From: Mytilus galloprovincialis
Lineage: Eukaryota
DNA: 64,000 nucleotides
Direction of reading: 5' to 3'
NCBI RefSeq assembly: GCF_965363235.1
Contig: NC_134847.1
Coordinates: forward strand, 70,109,664 to 70,173,663
Part shown: piece by piece, positions 26,400 to 39,105 of the stretch
Layout: the number at the start of each line of letters is the position of its first letter
How positions within the stretch are numbered: the stretch's first letter is position 1
Made by a program: the position numbers and the translations under genes
Notes under the pieces: model-generated
What the model saw: the letters and a program-made list of their open reading frames with translations, nothing else
Database searches by the model: none
What the model was told of the DNA's origin: nothing

Positions 26400-28315
26400 T
26401 ACTTTTAGTTTTCGCACTCTAACTTTAGTAAAAGAGAATAGAAATCTATGAAATTTTAACACAAGGTTTATGACCACAAAAGGAAGGTTGGGATTGATTT
26501 TGGGAGTTTTGGTCCCAACATTTTAGGAATTAGGGGCCAAAAAGGGCCCAAATAAGCATTTTCTTGGTTTTCGCACTATAACTTTAGTTTAAGTCAATAG
26601 AAATCTATGAAATTTTGACACAAGGTTTATGACCACAAAAGAAAGGTTGGGATTGATTTTGGGAGTTTTGGTTCCAACAGTTTAGGAATTAGGAGCCAAA
26701 AAAGGGCCCAAATAAGCATTATTCTTGGTTTTCGCACAATAACTTTAGTTTAAGTAAATAGAAATCAATGAAATTTAAACACAATGTTTATGACCACAAA
26801 AGGAAGGTTGGTATTGATTTTGGGAGTTTAGGTCCCAACAGTTTAGGAATTAGGGGCCAAAAAGGGACCCAAATAAGCATTTTTCTTGGTTTTCGCACCA
26901 TAACTTTAGTATAAGTAAATAGAAATATATGAAATTTAAACACAAGGTTTATGACCATAAAAGGAAGGTTGGTATTGATTTTGGGAGTTTTGGTCCCAAC
27001 AGTTTAGGAATAAAGGGCCCAAAGGGTCCAAAATTAAACTTTGTTTGATTTCTTCAAAAATTGAATAATTGGGGTTCTTTGATATGCCGAATCTAACTGT
27101 GTATGTAGATTCTTAATTTTTGGTCCCGTTTTCAAATTGGTCTACATTAAGGTTTAAAGGGTCCAAAATTAAACTTAGTTTGATTTTAACAAAAATTGAA
27201 TCCTTGGGGTTCTTTGATATGCTGAATCTAAAAATGTACTTAGATTTTTGATTATTGGCCCAGTTTTCAAGTTGGTCCAAATCGGGGTCCAAAATTAAAC
27301 TTTGTTTGATTTCATCAAAAATTGAATAATTGGGGTTCTTTGATATGCCAAATCTAACTGTGTATGTAGATTCTTAATTTTTGGTCCCGTTTTAAAATTG
27401 GTCTACATTAAAGTCCAAAGGGTTTAAAATTAAACTAAGTTTGATTTTAACAAAAATTGAATTCTTGGGCCTCTTTGATATGCTGAATCTAAACATGTAC
27501 TTAGATTTTTGATTATGGGCCCAGTTTTCAAGTTGGTCCAAATCAGGATCCAAAATTATTATATTAAGTATTGTGCAATAGCAAGAAATTTTCAATTGCA
27601 CAGTATTCAGCAATAGCAAGAAATCTTCAATTGCACAGTATTGTGCAATAGCAAGAAATCTTCAATTGCACAGTATTGTGCAATAGCAAATATTTTCAAT
27701 TGCACAGTATTGCACAATAGCAAGAAATATATAATTGCACAATATTGTGCAATAGCAAGAAATTCCAATTGGATTTCAATTGGAGTTATCTTTCTTTGTC
27801 CAGAATAGTAGTTGAATCAACTTAAATCATTGTTTTATACAATATACAATGTATATTCACTTTTACTACCAACTGATAGACAGTGATAGCAAGCACTTTT
27901 TTTTACATTTTAATATTTTATGATGTATTTAAATGAGTAGTTATTGTTGCAAACTTCATTAGAAATTTGAATTGAGATCAGTTTTGAAATAAGGGAAAGG
28001 GGGATGTGAAAAAAAAATTGGGGGGTCAATTTTTTTCATTTCAGATTTCATAAATAAAAAGAAAATTTCTTCAAACATTTTTTTGAGAGGATTAATATTC
28101 AACAGCATAGTGAATTGCTCAAAGGCAAACAAATTTTTTTAAGTTCATTAGACCACATTCATTCTGTGTCAGAAACCTATGCTGTGTCAACTATTTAATC
28201 ACAATCCAAATTTAGAGCTGAATCCAGCTTGAATGTTGTGTCCATACTTGCCCCAACCGTTCAGGGTTCAACCTCTGCGGTCGTATAAAGCTGCGCCCTG
28301 CGGAGCATCTGGTTA
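26400..28315 (-). repeat. Composite satellite-bearing repeat. It holds ~160-bp tandem units ×4 (26400–27000), ~245-bp units ×2.3 (27000–27560) and 38-bp units ×5 (27560–27765). It ends in a conserved ~180-bp tRNA-like (SINE-like) head.
   Basis: The terminus …ccgttcagggttcaacctctgcggtcgtataaagctgcgccctgcggagcatctgg recurs at 1–60 and at 54546–54715, and as its reverse complement at 10811–10990. The reverse complement carries A/B-box-like gggcgcagc … ggttgaaccc spaced ~30 nt apart. Confidence 0.55.
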
Positions 28316-28495
28316 AAGATATTTTACAATGGCAGTCTGATAAACAAGGAATGAATTCATTTACATTCATATATGATAATTGTGACAACAATGATTGTGA
28401 GACTATAATATAATCGACTACACTACATCCATTTGGTTTAAAACATGTATAAGTACCATTAACATTACCACAACATCTACCGTTAACAATTCTTA

Positions 28496-29750
28496 GGGGT
28501 CATCCATAATTGTCAACCATTTTCCAAAGTGTACAAAACGTACACTCGGGGGGAGGGGGTTAAAAAATCAACATTTTTACCGTACGCTTTTTTTTTTTAT
28601 TTCCGAAATTTATTTCGTGTCCGTAGGCATGGTAGGAAAGGTCGATGTATAAAATTGAGAATTGGCTTGGGTGTGTTTCTCTTCTTATTTCTTCTTTATT
28701 ATTTTAACTTGATGATATTTATTTCGTTATCATAATTCTCCTCAATCCGGATTGAAAGATTAAACATGTTAAAAGATCAAATCATATGAAAACTAAATCT
28801 TTCAAAAATGTGAACTAGTAAAATTATTTAAACAAAAAGTTTGCAAGCATTTCTCAGTACCCCCGATTGTCAATTTCACCTGCTTTATTATAGATCGTTA
28901 TCGTTTCACTCTGTTTAACAAACAAAATCGATGGAAACACTAAATTCTTTGAATGTTTTGATTTTGACAAGACGCCATTTTGTGAAAAGATTTTAAACTG
29001 GTCCTTCGATTAATTTTCTTGTAATGCATTCCAAAATAGTAAACCAGTAAACCGGAAGCAAACTTATTTTTCTTAGTATAAGCATCTTTTAATTAGGAGC
29101 ACCTCCATATGAAGTTTAACCTTAACTTAAAAAATATCCAGTATATATACATAAACCAAGGATTTGTATAGTAAGACTTACTATACAAATCATTGGTGCC
29201 ATGAATGGCAAATTTACAGGGACCTTTTAAATAGAAATACAGGCGGGAAATTTAAAAACTTTAAATGTTTTAAAACATTACTCTTTTATTGATTGCTGTC
29301 TTGAGCTCTGATTCCACAACAACTGTCAGTCCATCCTTTACTAATGCAATATAACCATGCATTTCCCTTCTTTGATTCTTTATAGCATAATTTATGTGCC
29401 CTTTTGTTTATCTTTTGCATGCTCTAGGTGCCCTTTTTCATTGGAGTTACCATTCCAACTGTGTGATAGGGGAAACACTAATCTTTGTACTCTTTATTCT
29501 GACAAAACACAAGCATCACAGACAGATGTCATCAAATAAAACAGTCAGATATGTTTTAGTTTATTTTCAATGCAAATTTCTATATTAAACTAAAATATAT
29601 TAAACAGGATCTTCTTTTTATTAAGAATGATTGATTCCTCTCTTGAAATCTGAAAATGGTTGATGTACACTTTTTGAGGGAGGGTGGGGGGTCTGAAAAA
29701 GTGTACGTTTTGTACACTTTGGAAAATGGTTGACAATTATGGATGACCCC
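28496..29750. mobile_element. Tourist-like (PIF/Harbinger-type) non-autonomous element. It has ~60-bp TIRs and TTA target-site duplications.
   Basis: The left end ggggtcatccataattgtcaaccattttccaaagtgtacaaaacgtacact pairs with the right end agtgtacgttttgtacactttggaaaatggttgacaattatggatgacccc. Both ends are flanked by tta. The interior has no coding capacity. Confidence 0.6.
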
Positions 29751-30557
29751 TTAATTGGTTACATATGCACAAATCAAGCAATTCCCTTCCTCTTGTATCA
29801 ATAATATTATCCTGACTGACTCTCCTCTCAGTAACATAATCTATATCATACATATTATCAGTTATCATTGTCTGTCTTTCAATGACTTTTGGACCTTAAT
29901 TACTCCCTTAGTTATTAACTATACAATATAAAGGTATATGTTTAGGGTTTACTAACTCACCTAATTTTGAGTGACTACCTTATGCTACATACTTACACAG
30001 GAACAAACTTTTCAGATTTGCTTCATGGATCCACTTTGAGAGATGCTGAACTGACACTTAAAATCCTCAATTAGATGAACATGAAATACATTGGGTACCT
30101 AAAAACAAATTTATAAAGAAGTTCATTCATGATATTTTTAGTGCAAAAATATTTATATAAAGAAATGAGTCAATCCATTGAAGATCAGATTAATTACACC
30201 TATAAGATGTCGAATGAAATTAGTTCCTCATGTACAGAAAACTTATTTATTACAAATTGCTGTACAATGTACTATTGCCATTACTCAATTAATCCTCCTA
30301 AACAGAACTTTCTGTATTACTGTAAAGTGATACTACCTCCTACTCATGGTTGATGATAAAATACTAATGATTTGATTTGTATATTATAAGATAAAACATC
30401 TAGTGAGCTACATATACAGTGCTAGTTATTATATTATAGTAATAATTTGATTTCTAGGCAACCCTTGATGGTTGAACTTTGAGAAGAACTGTTAAACTGT
30501 GATTGATTTCAATAGAAAGTAAAATACTAATGATATATTTCTGTTTTCAGATAAAAG

Positions 30558-30686
30558 ATGTCAATATTTAGTGATTGTCAGATAGTCCTGGATTTGACTA
30601 CCAGTGTCAGCTTTAAGAAAAAGACAGAAATCAGGAAAAAGATCACTGAAAATGGAGGAATTATTTCTTACATTGTCACCAAGAAG
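30558..30686 (+). CDS. PARP4: PARP4-like exon 1. The exon starts at ~30551 after an AG acceptor, and the ATG is at 30558. It encodes MSIFSDCQIVLDLTTSVSFKKKTEIRKKITENGGIISYIVTKK, the start of the BRCT domain.
   Basis: Similar to the human PARP4 N-terminus (…KKKLQTDIKENGGKFSFSL…). It ends at a GT donor (aag aag|gtatgt) in phase 0. An acceptor precedes the ATG, which implies an upstream 5'UTR exon. Confidence 0.75.
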
Positions 30687-31546
30687 GTATGTACAATGCA
30701 ATAATCAATTTTGAATGAAGACTGACATCCATTACCACTGTACTAGTATATATATTTGTTTAGGGGCCAGCTGAAGGACGCCTCCAGGAACGAGAATTTC
30801 TCACTGCATTGAAGACCTAAGGGTGACCTTCTGCTGTTGTCTGTTCTATGGTAGGGCTGTTGTCTCTTTGACACATTCCCCATCTCCATTCTCAATTTTA
30901 TTGCTTGTTGAACAATTCACATGAATTACAATTCAAAGTTTTATTCAAAGTAATTCAAAGTAAAAATCAGCTTCAGGTTACCCAGAAAATTGTTGTTCCT
31001 TTGATCATAGTTTTTGAAGAGATTTTTTTGTAAAGCAAATATCCATCAGAATTTCAGTCTTATTACTTTATAAAAATAAGGAGATATGGTATGATTCAGT
31101 GGCAGATCCAGGGGGGGGGGGGGTTCTGGGGAGTAAGAATAATGTGTTAATGATGTACTTAGGTGATCTAATTAATAAGGTAAAATTAAATAAATCAAGA
31201 ATTTAAAATTGATACTTTAAGCTGGAAGAGTATTAGTTAAGGATCAAAATAAGCTAAAATTATTGATAGGTAATGGAGCTTCTTTTCGAGATAATTTGAC
31301 TTATGAAATTTGTTGGAAAAAGGCTGACTTGGACCTTTACATTATAATTGCATTGGTATTATTTAGGTCTCAAATCAAAAGAAAGAAAGTCCAGAATCAG
31401 CTTAAATTTTGTCAAATGACCTTTTAATGAGCTATTAACACTTGATACAAATTTCAAAACCTCCCTAATGGCTACATGTCTTCCTAAAGATCAATCATTA
31501 TCATCTTTGTTGTCTAGTTTTTTATATGTTTCTGGTTTATTTACAG

Positions 31547-31745
31547 AGTACACATGTTGTATGTAATGACCTAGAAAAGGCAGATATCAGTTACAAATGT
31601 AATATGGCCACAAAGTATGGATTACCAGTGGTGTCACTTGATTATATCCATGACTGTGTAGACCAGGGGAGACTACTCAATGCAGATAATTATATCCTGG
31701 TTGGAAAAACAAAGTCACAAGAATTCAGCAGTGGCAAAGTACCAG
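31547..31745 (+). CDS. PARP4: PARP4-like exon 2 (BRCT). STHVVCNDLEKADISYKCNMATKYGLPVVSLDYIHDCVDQGRLLNADNYILVGKTKSQEFSSGKVP
   Basis: The acceptor is ttatttacag| and the donor is cca g|gtaagt. It ends in phase 1. Aligns to human CTHIILDNADVL…IWKSIREKRLLDVKNY. Confidence 0.8.
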
Positions 31746-33273
31746 GTAAGTATTTATGCCCCCGCCATAGCGGAGGGGGCATTAAGTTTTACCCTTGTTT
31801 GTACGTCAGTCAGTCTATAGTTCCCAAAGTTGGTTTCCATTCTCTAACTTCAGTTTGCCTCAACCAAATAGTGTAAAACTTATACACAATGCTTATTACC
31901 ACAAAATACATACAAGTTTGAATTTTGGTGGTGTCACTTTAACAGTTCTACAGTTATGCCTCTTTACAAACGGCAAAAAAATGCTGACTTTTTCGTTTCT
32001 GCTCTCTAGCTTAAGTTTGCCTCCACCAAATGTTATGACACTTAAGGATGTTTGCTTGTCATGTTTTGGAATTTTTGTCAGATTTTCGAAATCCTCTGGT
32101 TTTATCAATTTGAATGCCTTAAAAAAAATTGCCTGCATGGACCCCCATTTTTCTTTTTATAAATCATTTACATGTATAATTGTAAGCCATTTGTAAAAGT
32201 CTTATAAAATTTTTTTATTTTTTAATAGTATTTGAGGACTTTAACTGGTCAATGATAAAGCTATGAAAAATCAAGAGAGAACATTTTCCCGCCAAAATTC
32301 CAATGGCTTATACAATGTTCTCCCCAGGCCATTTTAGTGTCGCGGTACCGTGACACTATATTTTCTTCCCGTAACTCTATAATAATTTCCGCGACGCTAT
32401 AATTATTTTCAGGATGTTATTTTTCTCGTTTCAAAAGAGCAAAAAAAATATAGGGTTCAATGTGCTTGTTTTTGAGATATAAGCCTTATATCTCGAAAAC
32501 AAGCACATTGACGCCTATATTTTTTTTGCTTTTTTGATTCCTCATTTAATCCCCCATCAATATATACTAGTTTTATGGAAAGTCATTTATTTTGAAACTG
32601 AGCAGCAAACATCTTTAAACACAGAACTTGTTACTACAAAACTCATATCAACAACAAATTTGGAAAGCATCACTTTTGCCATTCTTCAGTTATGTCCCTT
32701 TATATGATATACAAGTGAGGGCATCATGGGACACATTCCCAATCTAATTATTTTTAAATTGGATAAAAAAAATTTAAAAAGAAGCCTTTTTTGGTATTTC
32801 TCATTAACTTATTAACTTTCAACTTGGGTTGGCATATTTTATCATTTTTCTGTGACATGAAATTGTGTAACCAGATAAAGAGTTTTATCAAGGAGAGTAT
32901 ATCAGACTCACTCAATGGGAGATAACTCTGACCTACATTTAACATTTTATCTACAATCTCATCTTGTAGAATAAAGCAGATTCCATGAAAATAAATGACT
33001 GAACTAGATTTTACACTTCAATGACGCTATTAAATTTTATCTCCATTGTCATAGGTTTAAAGTTTTTCCAGATATTATATGAAGAATTGTATGGTTATAT
33101 ATCTAGAGGAATGTAGCAGTATCTGATAAAAAGGTCACTTAGTTTTACATTATAATTCATTTTGTAGACAATTAGTGACTTTCAATTAAGGGGAGATAAG
33201 TGATGTAATATGTATCTTCAGTTTTGATAAATTAATTTATTTACATGTCCTCTGTTACTTTATTATTTTGTAG

Positions 33274-33416
33274 CAAGCAAGTATCAAAGTAAAGATGTCA
33301 AGAAGAAGAAAATCAAAATAGATCCCAAAGGTGTTAAAGTGTGGCTTCCTGGTAATAAAAATTCACCCGATTACAATGAGGAGAAATATGAAGTGGCCAA
33401 GTTTGCTATGTTTCAG
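33274..33416 (+). CDS. PARP4: PARP4-like exon 3. ASKYQSKDVKKKKIKIDPKGVKVWLPGNKNSPDYNEEKYEVAKFAMFQ
   Basis: It enters in phase 1 and leaves in phase 0. EEKYEVAKF aligns to human QDFEVAKYNTLEK. Acceptor ttttgtag|, donor cag|gtaata. Confidence 0.75.
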
Positions 33417-33781
33417 GTAATATTTTTTTTACCAATTATCACAATTTGATACTTGTATTCATACATGAAACATAATGATTGCAGTGAGTGCTATTAAAGC
33501 AATGTATTTTGATTTTTTTCAGATAAAACTTCCTGTAATTGTCAATTATTTTTTAAGGCCGTATTCTTTTTAGTTTAAAATAATGGAGAATGCAAAGGAA
33601 CAATTGTTGTATAGTTTGATTGGCCTTACTCTGTTATGTCAATCTGTGTTTAAGGGCTGGAAGTGTTTTAAAGTGTTTTAGAGAATTATAAAATAGTTCA
33701 TACCATTCTTTTCCATTTATGAGAAGTATGTTTTTTTTATCCAAAATAACATGAAGGTTCTATGAAGATTATTCATTTCAG

Positions 33782-33916
33782 AAATATGACAAGTTAAAAG
33801 AGACGACAATGTTTTATAATTTGGAGATACATGTAGCTGAGCCTGTAGATTTAAACAGATCAGACTGTTATAGATTCAGGATATATTCACACTATGGTTC
33901 TACACAGGACATAGAG
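33782..33916 (+). CDS. PARP4: PARP4-like exon 4. KYDKLKETTMFYNLEIHVAEPVDLNRSDCYRFRIYSHYGSTQDIE
   Basis: Phase 0 in and out (tcatttcag| … gag|gtaatg). Aligns to human VELQCSRDSRDCPFLISSHF. Confidence 0.7.
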
Positions 33917-34242
33917 GTAATGCTGCACACAAAGTTATCAATCAATAATTATACATTTCTTGTATTTTTAAATATAATCAAAAGCATTCATCTGTTTCAT
34001 AGTGGATCACAAGACCAGGTTGAGTGAATTTTACCTTTACACTTTAACCGTACTAACTGTATTTAATAATAGGGATTTTGCGTTTTCAGAAAGATATTGT
34101 ACTCTTGAATAGCACTTAAAATCACAGGTAATAATCTAAAAGATGTAATGGACAGAAAACTGGTCCAATCTTTTTGTTATTTTTAAGAAGTGGGCAGTCA
34201 ACAAAGTAACAACCTACCTTATAATAAACTTTTATTTTCCAG

Positions 34243-34395
34243 GAAGCTGTTGTGGAATATCGCTATATCATCACATCAGATGATGCTCTACATGTGTATG
34301 CATATCTGTATAATGAACAGTCAAGACCTCCACGTAATATGAACGTCATTTATCAGCCAATGATGAGAAATATTGGATCTAGAAAATTTCAAAAG
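34243..34395 (+). CDS. PARP4: PARP4-like exon 5. EAVVEYRYIITSDDALHVYAYLYNEQSRPPRNMNVIYQPMMRNIGSRKFQK
   Basis: Phase 0 in and out (ttttccag| … aag|gtatgt). The residue order matches human PARP4 EDASEYFENYIEELKKQG…. Confidence 0.7.
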
Positions 34396-35570
34396 GTATG
34401 TCATTTCGTTAAGCAGATAATTATATTATTAATGAAGTAAATTTTGATTTAATTAAACAGAATTTAAATATAAACTATTAGTTCTTGAGAAGGACAAAAG
34501 AAAGAGATGAATTCAAAGAGAAGGATGCATGTTCACACAGTAATATGTGTGTGAAGAATTATTGAAATCTGTGGATGATGCTTTAATAATAAAATAAATG
34601 CTTTAAAGGGGCACTTGTTGTCAAATTCATGGTCACCGATTTGACTCAAAAACAATGTAAAACATTTATTTAAACTATCAAAAGGCTAATATAAACAGTT
34701 TACAGAGCATGGGGTAGATAATATATAGGTTCGTTTCGTGTGTATTTTAGTCCAGAGCCATCTAATTACCTATCAATTTGACCTCAGATGACCATATAAG
34801 TGATGTAAACAAAAATAAAGATATGAATAGATTAAACCAACACGTGCAATTGGATTTTTATAGGTCTGTTTGATTTTATTTAATAGATTAAAAATAGATG
34901 TTTCTCATTGTTTTTAACCGTATAAGAATGATTTTATGTGCATCGAATTAGTAATCAAATGATTTACCATAGTTTCACTTTCATTGTTGACATTCTTTTT
35001 CTTTAAATAACCAGTACACGTACAATGCATACGTTGTCAATCTCTGGCTAGGGGTTAAATTGAAGTTCACATGAATACGGATTTAAAGAGGTCGACTCAT
35101 TCACTTGCAAGTGAACTAGTAATTATCAATGTTTCTTAGCGTAATTTGACAAAATTGAACCTTTTTGGCTGCAAAAAGCGAATAGTTATTTCAGTATTTC
35201 ACTTTCATTATTGATTGAACAGAAAAAAATCAAACTTTAGATTTTTTATATATCTCGTAGCTAGTGCCCCTTTAATGACCATCATATACATTGAGTTTTA
35301 GAGGTATGGTCTTTTGATTGTTATATTTGTGTTTCAGGTAATTATCTCTTCGCCAAAACACAATTTGCTTTTGGAATGTACAAATCTATGTATACTAATT
35401 TAGTTGTTTTAAGCTAGTTTCATTTTAGTTAAGAGTAATATTAATTCCCAAAGATTTTTTTATTAATTTTATGCCTTTTATATCCAAGAATTTCATGGAA
35501 GATTAAAGGTGCACGCTTGAAGTTTGACATGATAACTAAGTCTGATTGTATTAAATGTAAATTTTTGTAG

Positions 35571-35708
35571 ATGGTAGAAGAATATGGAATGGATACTCGT
35601 CCCTTATCTCCTTCTGTCGTAGAGCTGATGGAATATATCTGGAAAGAGGCTACAGGTGAAATTGAAGAAGTTATCAGTTCACCCTTACAGAGCCTCAAAC
35701 TAGAACAG
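35571..35708 (+). CDS. PARP4: PARP4-like exon 6. MVEEYGMDTRPLSPSVVELMEYIWKEATGEIEEVISSPLQSLKLEQ
   Basis: Aligns to human SQEVSDLVEMIWAEALGHLEHMLLKPVNRISLNDV. Acceptor tttttgtag|, donor cag|gtaggt, phase 0. Confidence 0.8.
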
Positions 35709-36308
35709 GTAGGTAGACATAAATAAGAAAAGGTGGTATGATGCCAATAAGACAACTCCTCACAAGTGACTAAATGCCACAAAATTAACATTATAGGTCA
35801 GGTCACTGTTTGGCCTTCAACAATGAGCAAAGCTCATACCACATAATCAGCTATTAAAGGCCCCGAAATGACTAACGTAAAACATTTCAAACAAGAAAAT
35901 TAGCAACCTAATGTATGTACAAAAAATGGTTCATTTAAATTATCATGATCCATGAAAAGGATTACTAAAAAAATTACATTTGATTTTTATATTTCAAAGT
36001 TCCTTTATTTTGCCTATTTTATTAAATTTTATCCTCACCATGAGTGAATAATATAAATTCACATCTGACACACTCTTATTCACTGCTTAATTTCTGTAAC
36101 TTAAAGTGATCAAGATCTCTTAAAGTTTCTGACTTCCCTTTTCATTCAACTTATCACAGTGTACATGTACATTTAAAAAAGGATGAAATTGCTTTAACTG
36201 CTAAATTTTTCCACTCAACACTTTTAATTTCATTCTGTATTTTATTTGTTCATGCTATGTATTTTATGAATAAATTAGAAAATAATCATGATTTTGTTAC
36301 CATTTTAG

Positions 36309-36476
36309 ATAGAGAAAGCAGAAGCTATTTTATTAAAATGTAAAAATTGCAGTGACAACCAACAGAGAACAGGTCTAGTCGATGAATTCTATAGTTGTTT
36401 GCCACATAGGAGAAAACATACACCATCAGACATAGAACTTAGAGCCTGGCTTTCTCAAAAACAAGATATATGTCAG
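36309..36476 (+). CDS. PARP4: PARP4-like exon 7. IEKAEAILLKCKNCSDNQQRTGLVDEFYSCLPHRRKHTPSDIELRAWLSQKQDICQ
   Basis: Aligns to human SKAEGILLLVKAALKNGETAEQLQKMMTEFYRLIPHKG…KKADLCQ. Acceptor cattttag|, donor cag|gtaatg, phase 0. Confidence 0.85.
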
Positions 36477-37720
36477 GTAATGGTCTCATTCAACAGGTTA
36501 ATATAAATATAAAAGAAACACTTTTCTTTAAAGTAATTTCTATCAAAAAAGGATTGGTAGATATCTATTTTTAATTGTTTCAATTTTTTTCGGACCCACC
36601 TAGGGGCATTATGTTTTTGGTCTGTGGGTCTGTCTGTCCATCAGTCCATCCGTCTATCCTACTTAAGGTTAACTTCAGGTTAAAGTTTTTGGTCAAGGTA
36701 GTTTTTGATGAAGTTGAATTCCTATCAACTTGAAACTTAGTACACATGTTCCCTATGATATGATCTTTCTAATTGTAATGCCAAATTAGAGTTTTTACCC
36801 CAATTGCGAGGTCCACTGAACTTAGAAAATGATAGTGTGAGTGGGGCATCAGTGTACCATGGAGACATTATTGTTTTATGACAGTTTCTTCTATAGCTTA
36901 CAATATGGTTTTGGTTTGGATCATTTTTGTCGGGGATCATAAATATTCATGCTGTGGTTAAAGTTTTTAAAATTTTAACAACTGTCTTAAATTATCCTGG
37001 ATTTGTACCAAAATTAAACAGAAGCTTGTTTATGATCTTAAGATAGTATCCAGAAGTAAATTTTGTAAAACAGCTAGTTTCTAGAAGGAAATTTTGTAAA
37101 ATTTAATTCCTATTTTTCCATACATAACTTATAATTATAAATGGACTTTGTTTTTCCTCCAGTTAACATTACATACAGTCTGCAATTTTTAAAACATTTA
37201 TTAGATTCATAAACCATCCTGGATTTTTACCAAACTTGGTCATAAGCTTCTTACAATCAAAAGATATTATCTAGAGGAAAAGTTTTAATAAATTTTTCCC
37301 CATTTTTTGTTGTGCCTGTGACTAACAGCAAAAGTAGGCGAGACACTGGTTTCACGGAACCCTTTCTAATTTTTACTATTTTTTTTTTACTTTAGTTGTT
37401 TACATTATCGTCCTTTGGTCTCTTGTGGATAGTTGTCAAATAGCCACGCAAAGCACATTCAATATTATTGTATATTACTTGTTTTAAGATTTACACTTTC
37501 CACTCTATAATTTAACATATATCAAAGCAGCATTGGGATATCAAGCAATTGAGATGTTTCAGATAACTGACTGTAGTAAATATCTTAATTTTTTTCATTC
37601 GTTCGTATAAAAAGTAGGTGTAAATCTGATTAATTTTTCACTGCTAAGGTAGGACTATGTAAATTTCGACTTCTGAACATATAGCTAGCATTGACTCTAA
37701 ATTAATTTGTCATATTTTAG

Positions 37721-37881
37721 ATGATTAAAGATATGGTAGCTGTGAGTGAGTCTACAAACTGGTCGACCAGAAGTAGTACCGAGGCCAAGTATAAAGCATT
37801 ACGATGCAGACTTGATGGTTTAGAGATTACGGATACAGAATATAAACAGATCAAGGAATACATTATACAGTCTCTCAAACA
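37721..37881 (+). CDS. PARP4: PARP4-like exon 8 (start of the catalytic helical region). MIKDMVAVSESTNWSTRSSTEAKYKALRCRLDGLEITDTEYKQIKEYIIQSLK(Q)
   Basis: Aligns to human LIRDMVNVCETNLSKPNPPSLAKYRALRCKIEHVEQ…. The donor is inferred as the non-consensus aaaca|gtttgt, so that it gives the phase 2 the next exon needs. This boundary is the least certain in the gene. Confidence 0.65.
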
Positions 37882-38269
37882 GTTTGTATTATACTGGACA
37901 TAACTACTCAGAATGATTTGTGATTCAGTTATTCAGATGTATTTATTGAATTAGTAACTTGAAATTCAGAAATTACTTCATGTGTTTATTTTTGTAATTT
38001 CAACATGATTTGAGATTAATTATGGCAATTTCTGAAAAAAGCTGCATACAGATACATGTATATTAGCTAAGGGCTTTTTCATTTAAGGACAACTATATAA
38101 AATATAAATTGACATATTTTAAAAGTAAATGAGGAGGTGATAAAACCATTAACAATTTAAACAGTTGCATTATTTCTTACATGCACTAGTACTGCTTGAT
38201 AAAGTATTATTTTTTTAAAACAATATACATCTTTTTATTTTGTAGTACTAACAACCACATTATTTTCAG

Positions 38270-38407
38270 AAATGACCACATTATAGTAGAAAATATATTT
38301 TGTGTTCATCGACAAGTTGAAGAAGACAATTTTAGAAAAGATTTGAGACCTCAGAAGTTGTTGTTTCATGCATCAAAAGTTCAGAACTTTGTTGGAATAT
38401 TATCTAG
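38270..38407 (+). CDS. PARP4: PARP4-like exon 9 (PARP catalytic). NDHIIVENIFCVHRQVEEDNFRKDLRPQKLLFHASKVQNFVGILS
   Basis: Aligns to human PVDVLQIFRVGRVNETTEFLSKLGNVRPLLHGSPVQNIVGILCRG. It contains the NAD-site H-G-S motif, here as H-A-S. Acceptor tattttcag|, donor ag|gtgaga, phase 2. Confidence 0.85.
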
Positions 38408-38811
38408 GTGAGAACATAAATATCAGAATAGAATATCAATTTGTGTTTTTCTTAAAGGCATGTAATAAAATTGAGAATTTAACTGGGGAATGTGTCAAAG
38501 AGACAACAACCCAAACAAAGAGCAGAAAACAGCCCAAGGCCACCAATGGGTCTTCAACACCGCAAGTTTAGAAATTTCTGCAACTAAAGGGGACTTTTGC
38601 TGTACCCTTAACACAAATGTGTACTAGCATAGTTTAGTGAAAATGTAGATTACACTAAATTCTGACTACTTTCCATAGACAACAGTACATAAAAGAAGTT
38701 TTTGATATGCATGAAGGCAATAATTTAAAAAAAACAACAGCTCATGAATATTCACCACTTAGATGATATTTCATGTTAATTATATATAATGAGAAGATCA
38801 CATAACATAAT

Positions 38812-39105
38812 ATGCCTCAATACTCAATTACTCAGCCTCAATACTCAATTACTCAACCTCAATACTCAATTAATCATCTTCAATACTCAATTACTCAGCC
38901 TCAATACTCAATTACTCAACCTCAATACTCAATTAATCATCTTCAATACTCAATTACTCAGCCTCAATACTCAATTACTCAACCTCAATACTCAATTACT
39001 CAGCCTCAATACTCAATTACTCAGCCTAAATACTCAATTACTCAGCCTAAATACTCAATTACTCAGCCTCAATACTCAATTACTCAACAAATTTTTATGG
39101 ATTGA
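38812..39105. repeat. 21-bp minisatellite (cctcaatactcaattactcag)×14 in PARP4 intron 9.
   Basis: Perfect and near-perfect unit repetition. The + strand ORFs at 38789–39127 and 38812–39105 are translations of the repeat. Confidence 0.95.

Noticed and set aside
1-30000. Search for prokaryote-style systems (operons, CRISPR arrays, defence islands) or any novel multi-gene system.
   Set aside because: The sequence is clearly eukaryotic, with spliced genes that have GT-AG introns and with metazoan TE families. No CRISPR-like regular spacer arrays are present. All the tandem arrays lack spacer diversity.
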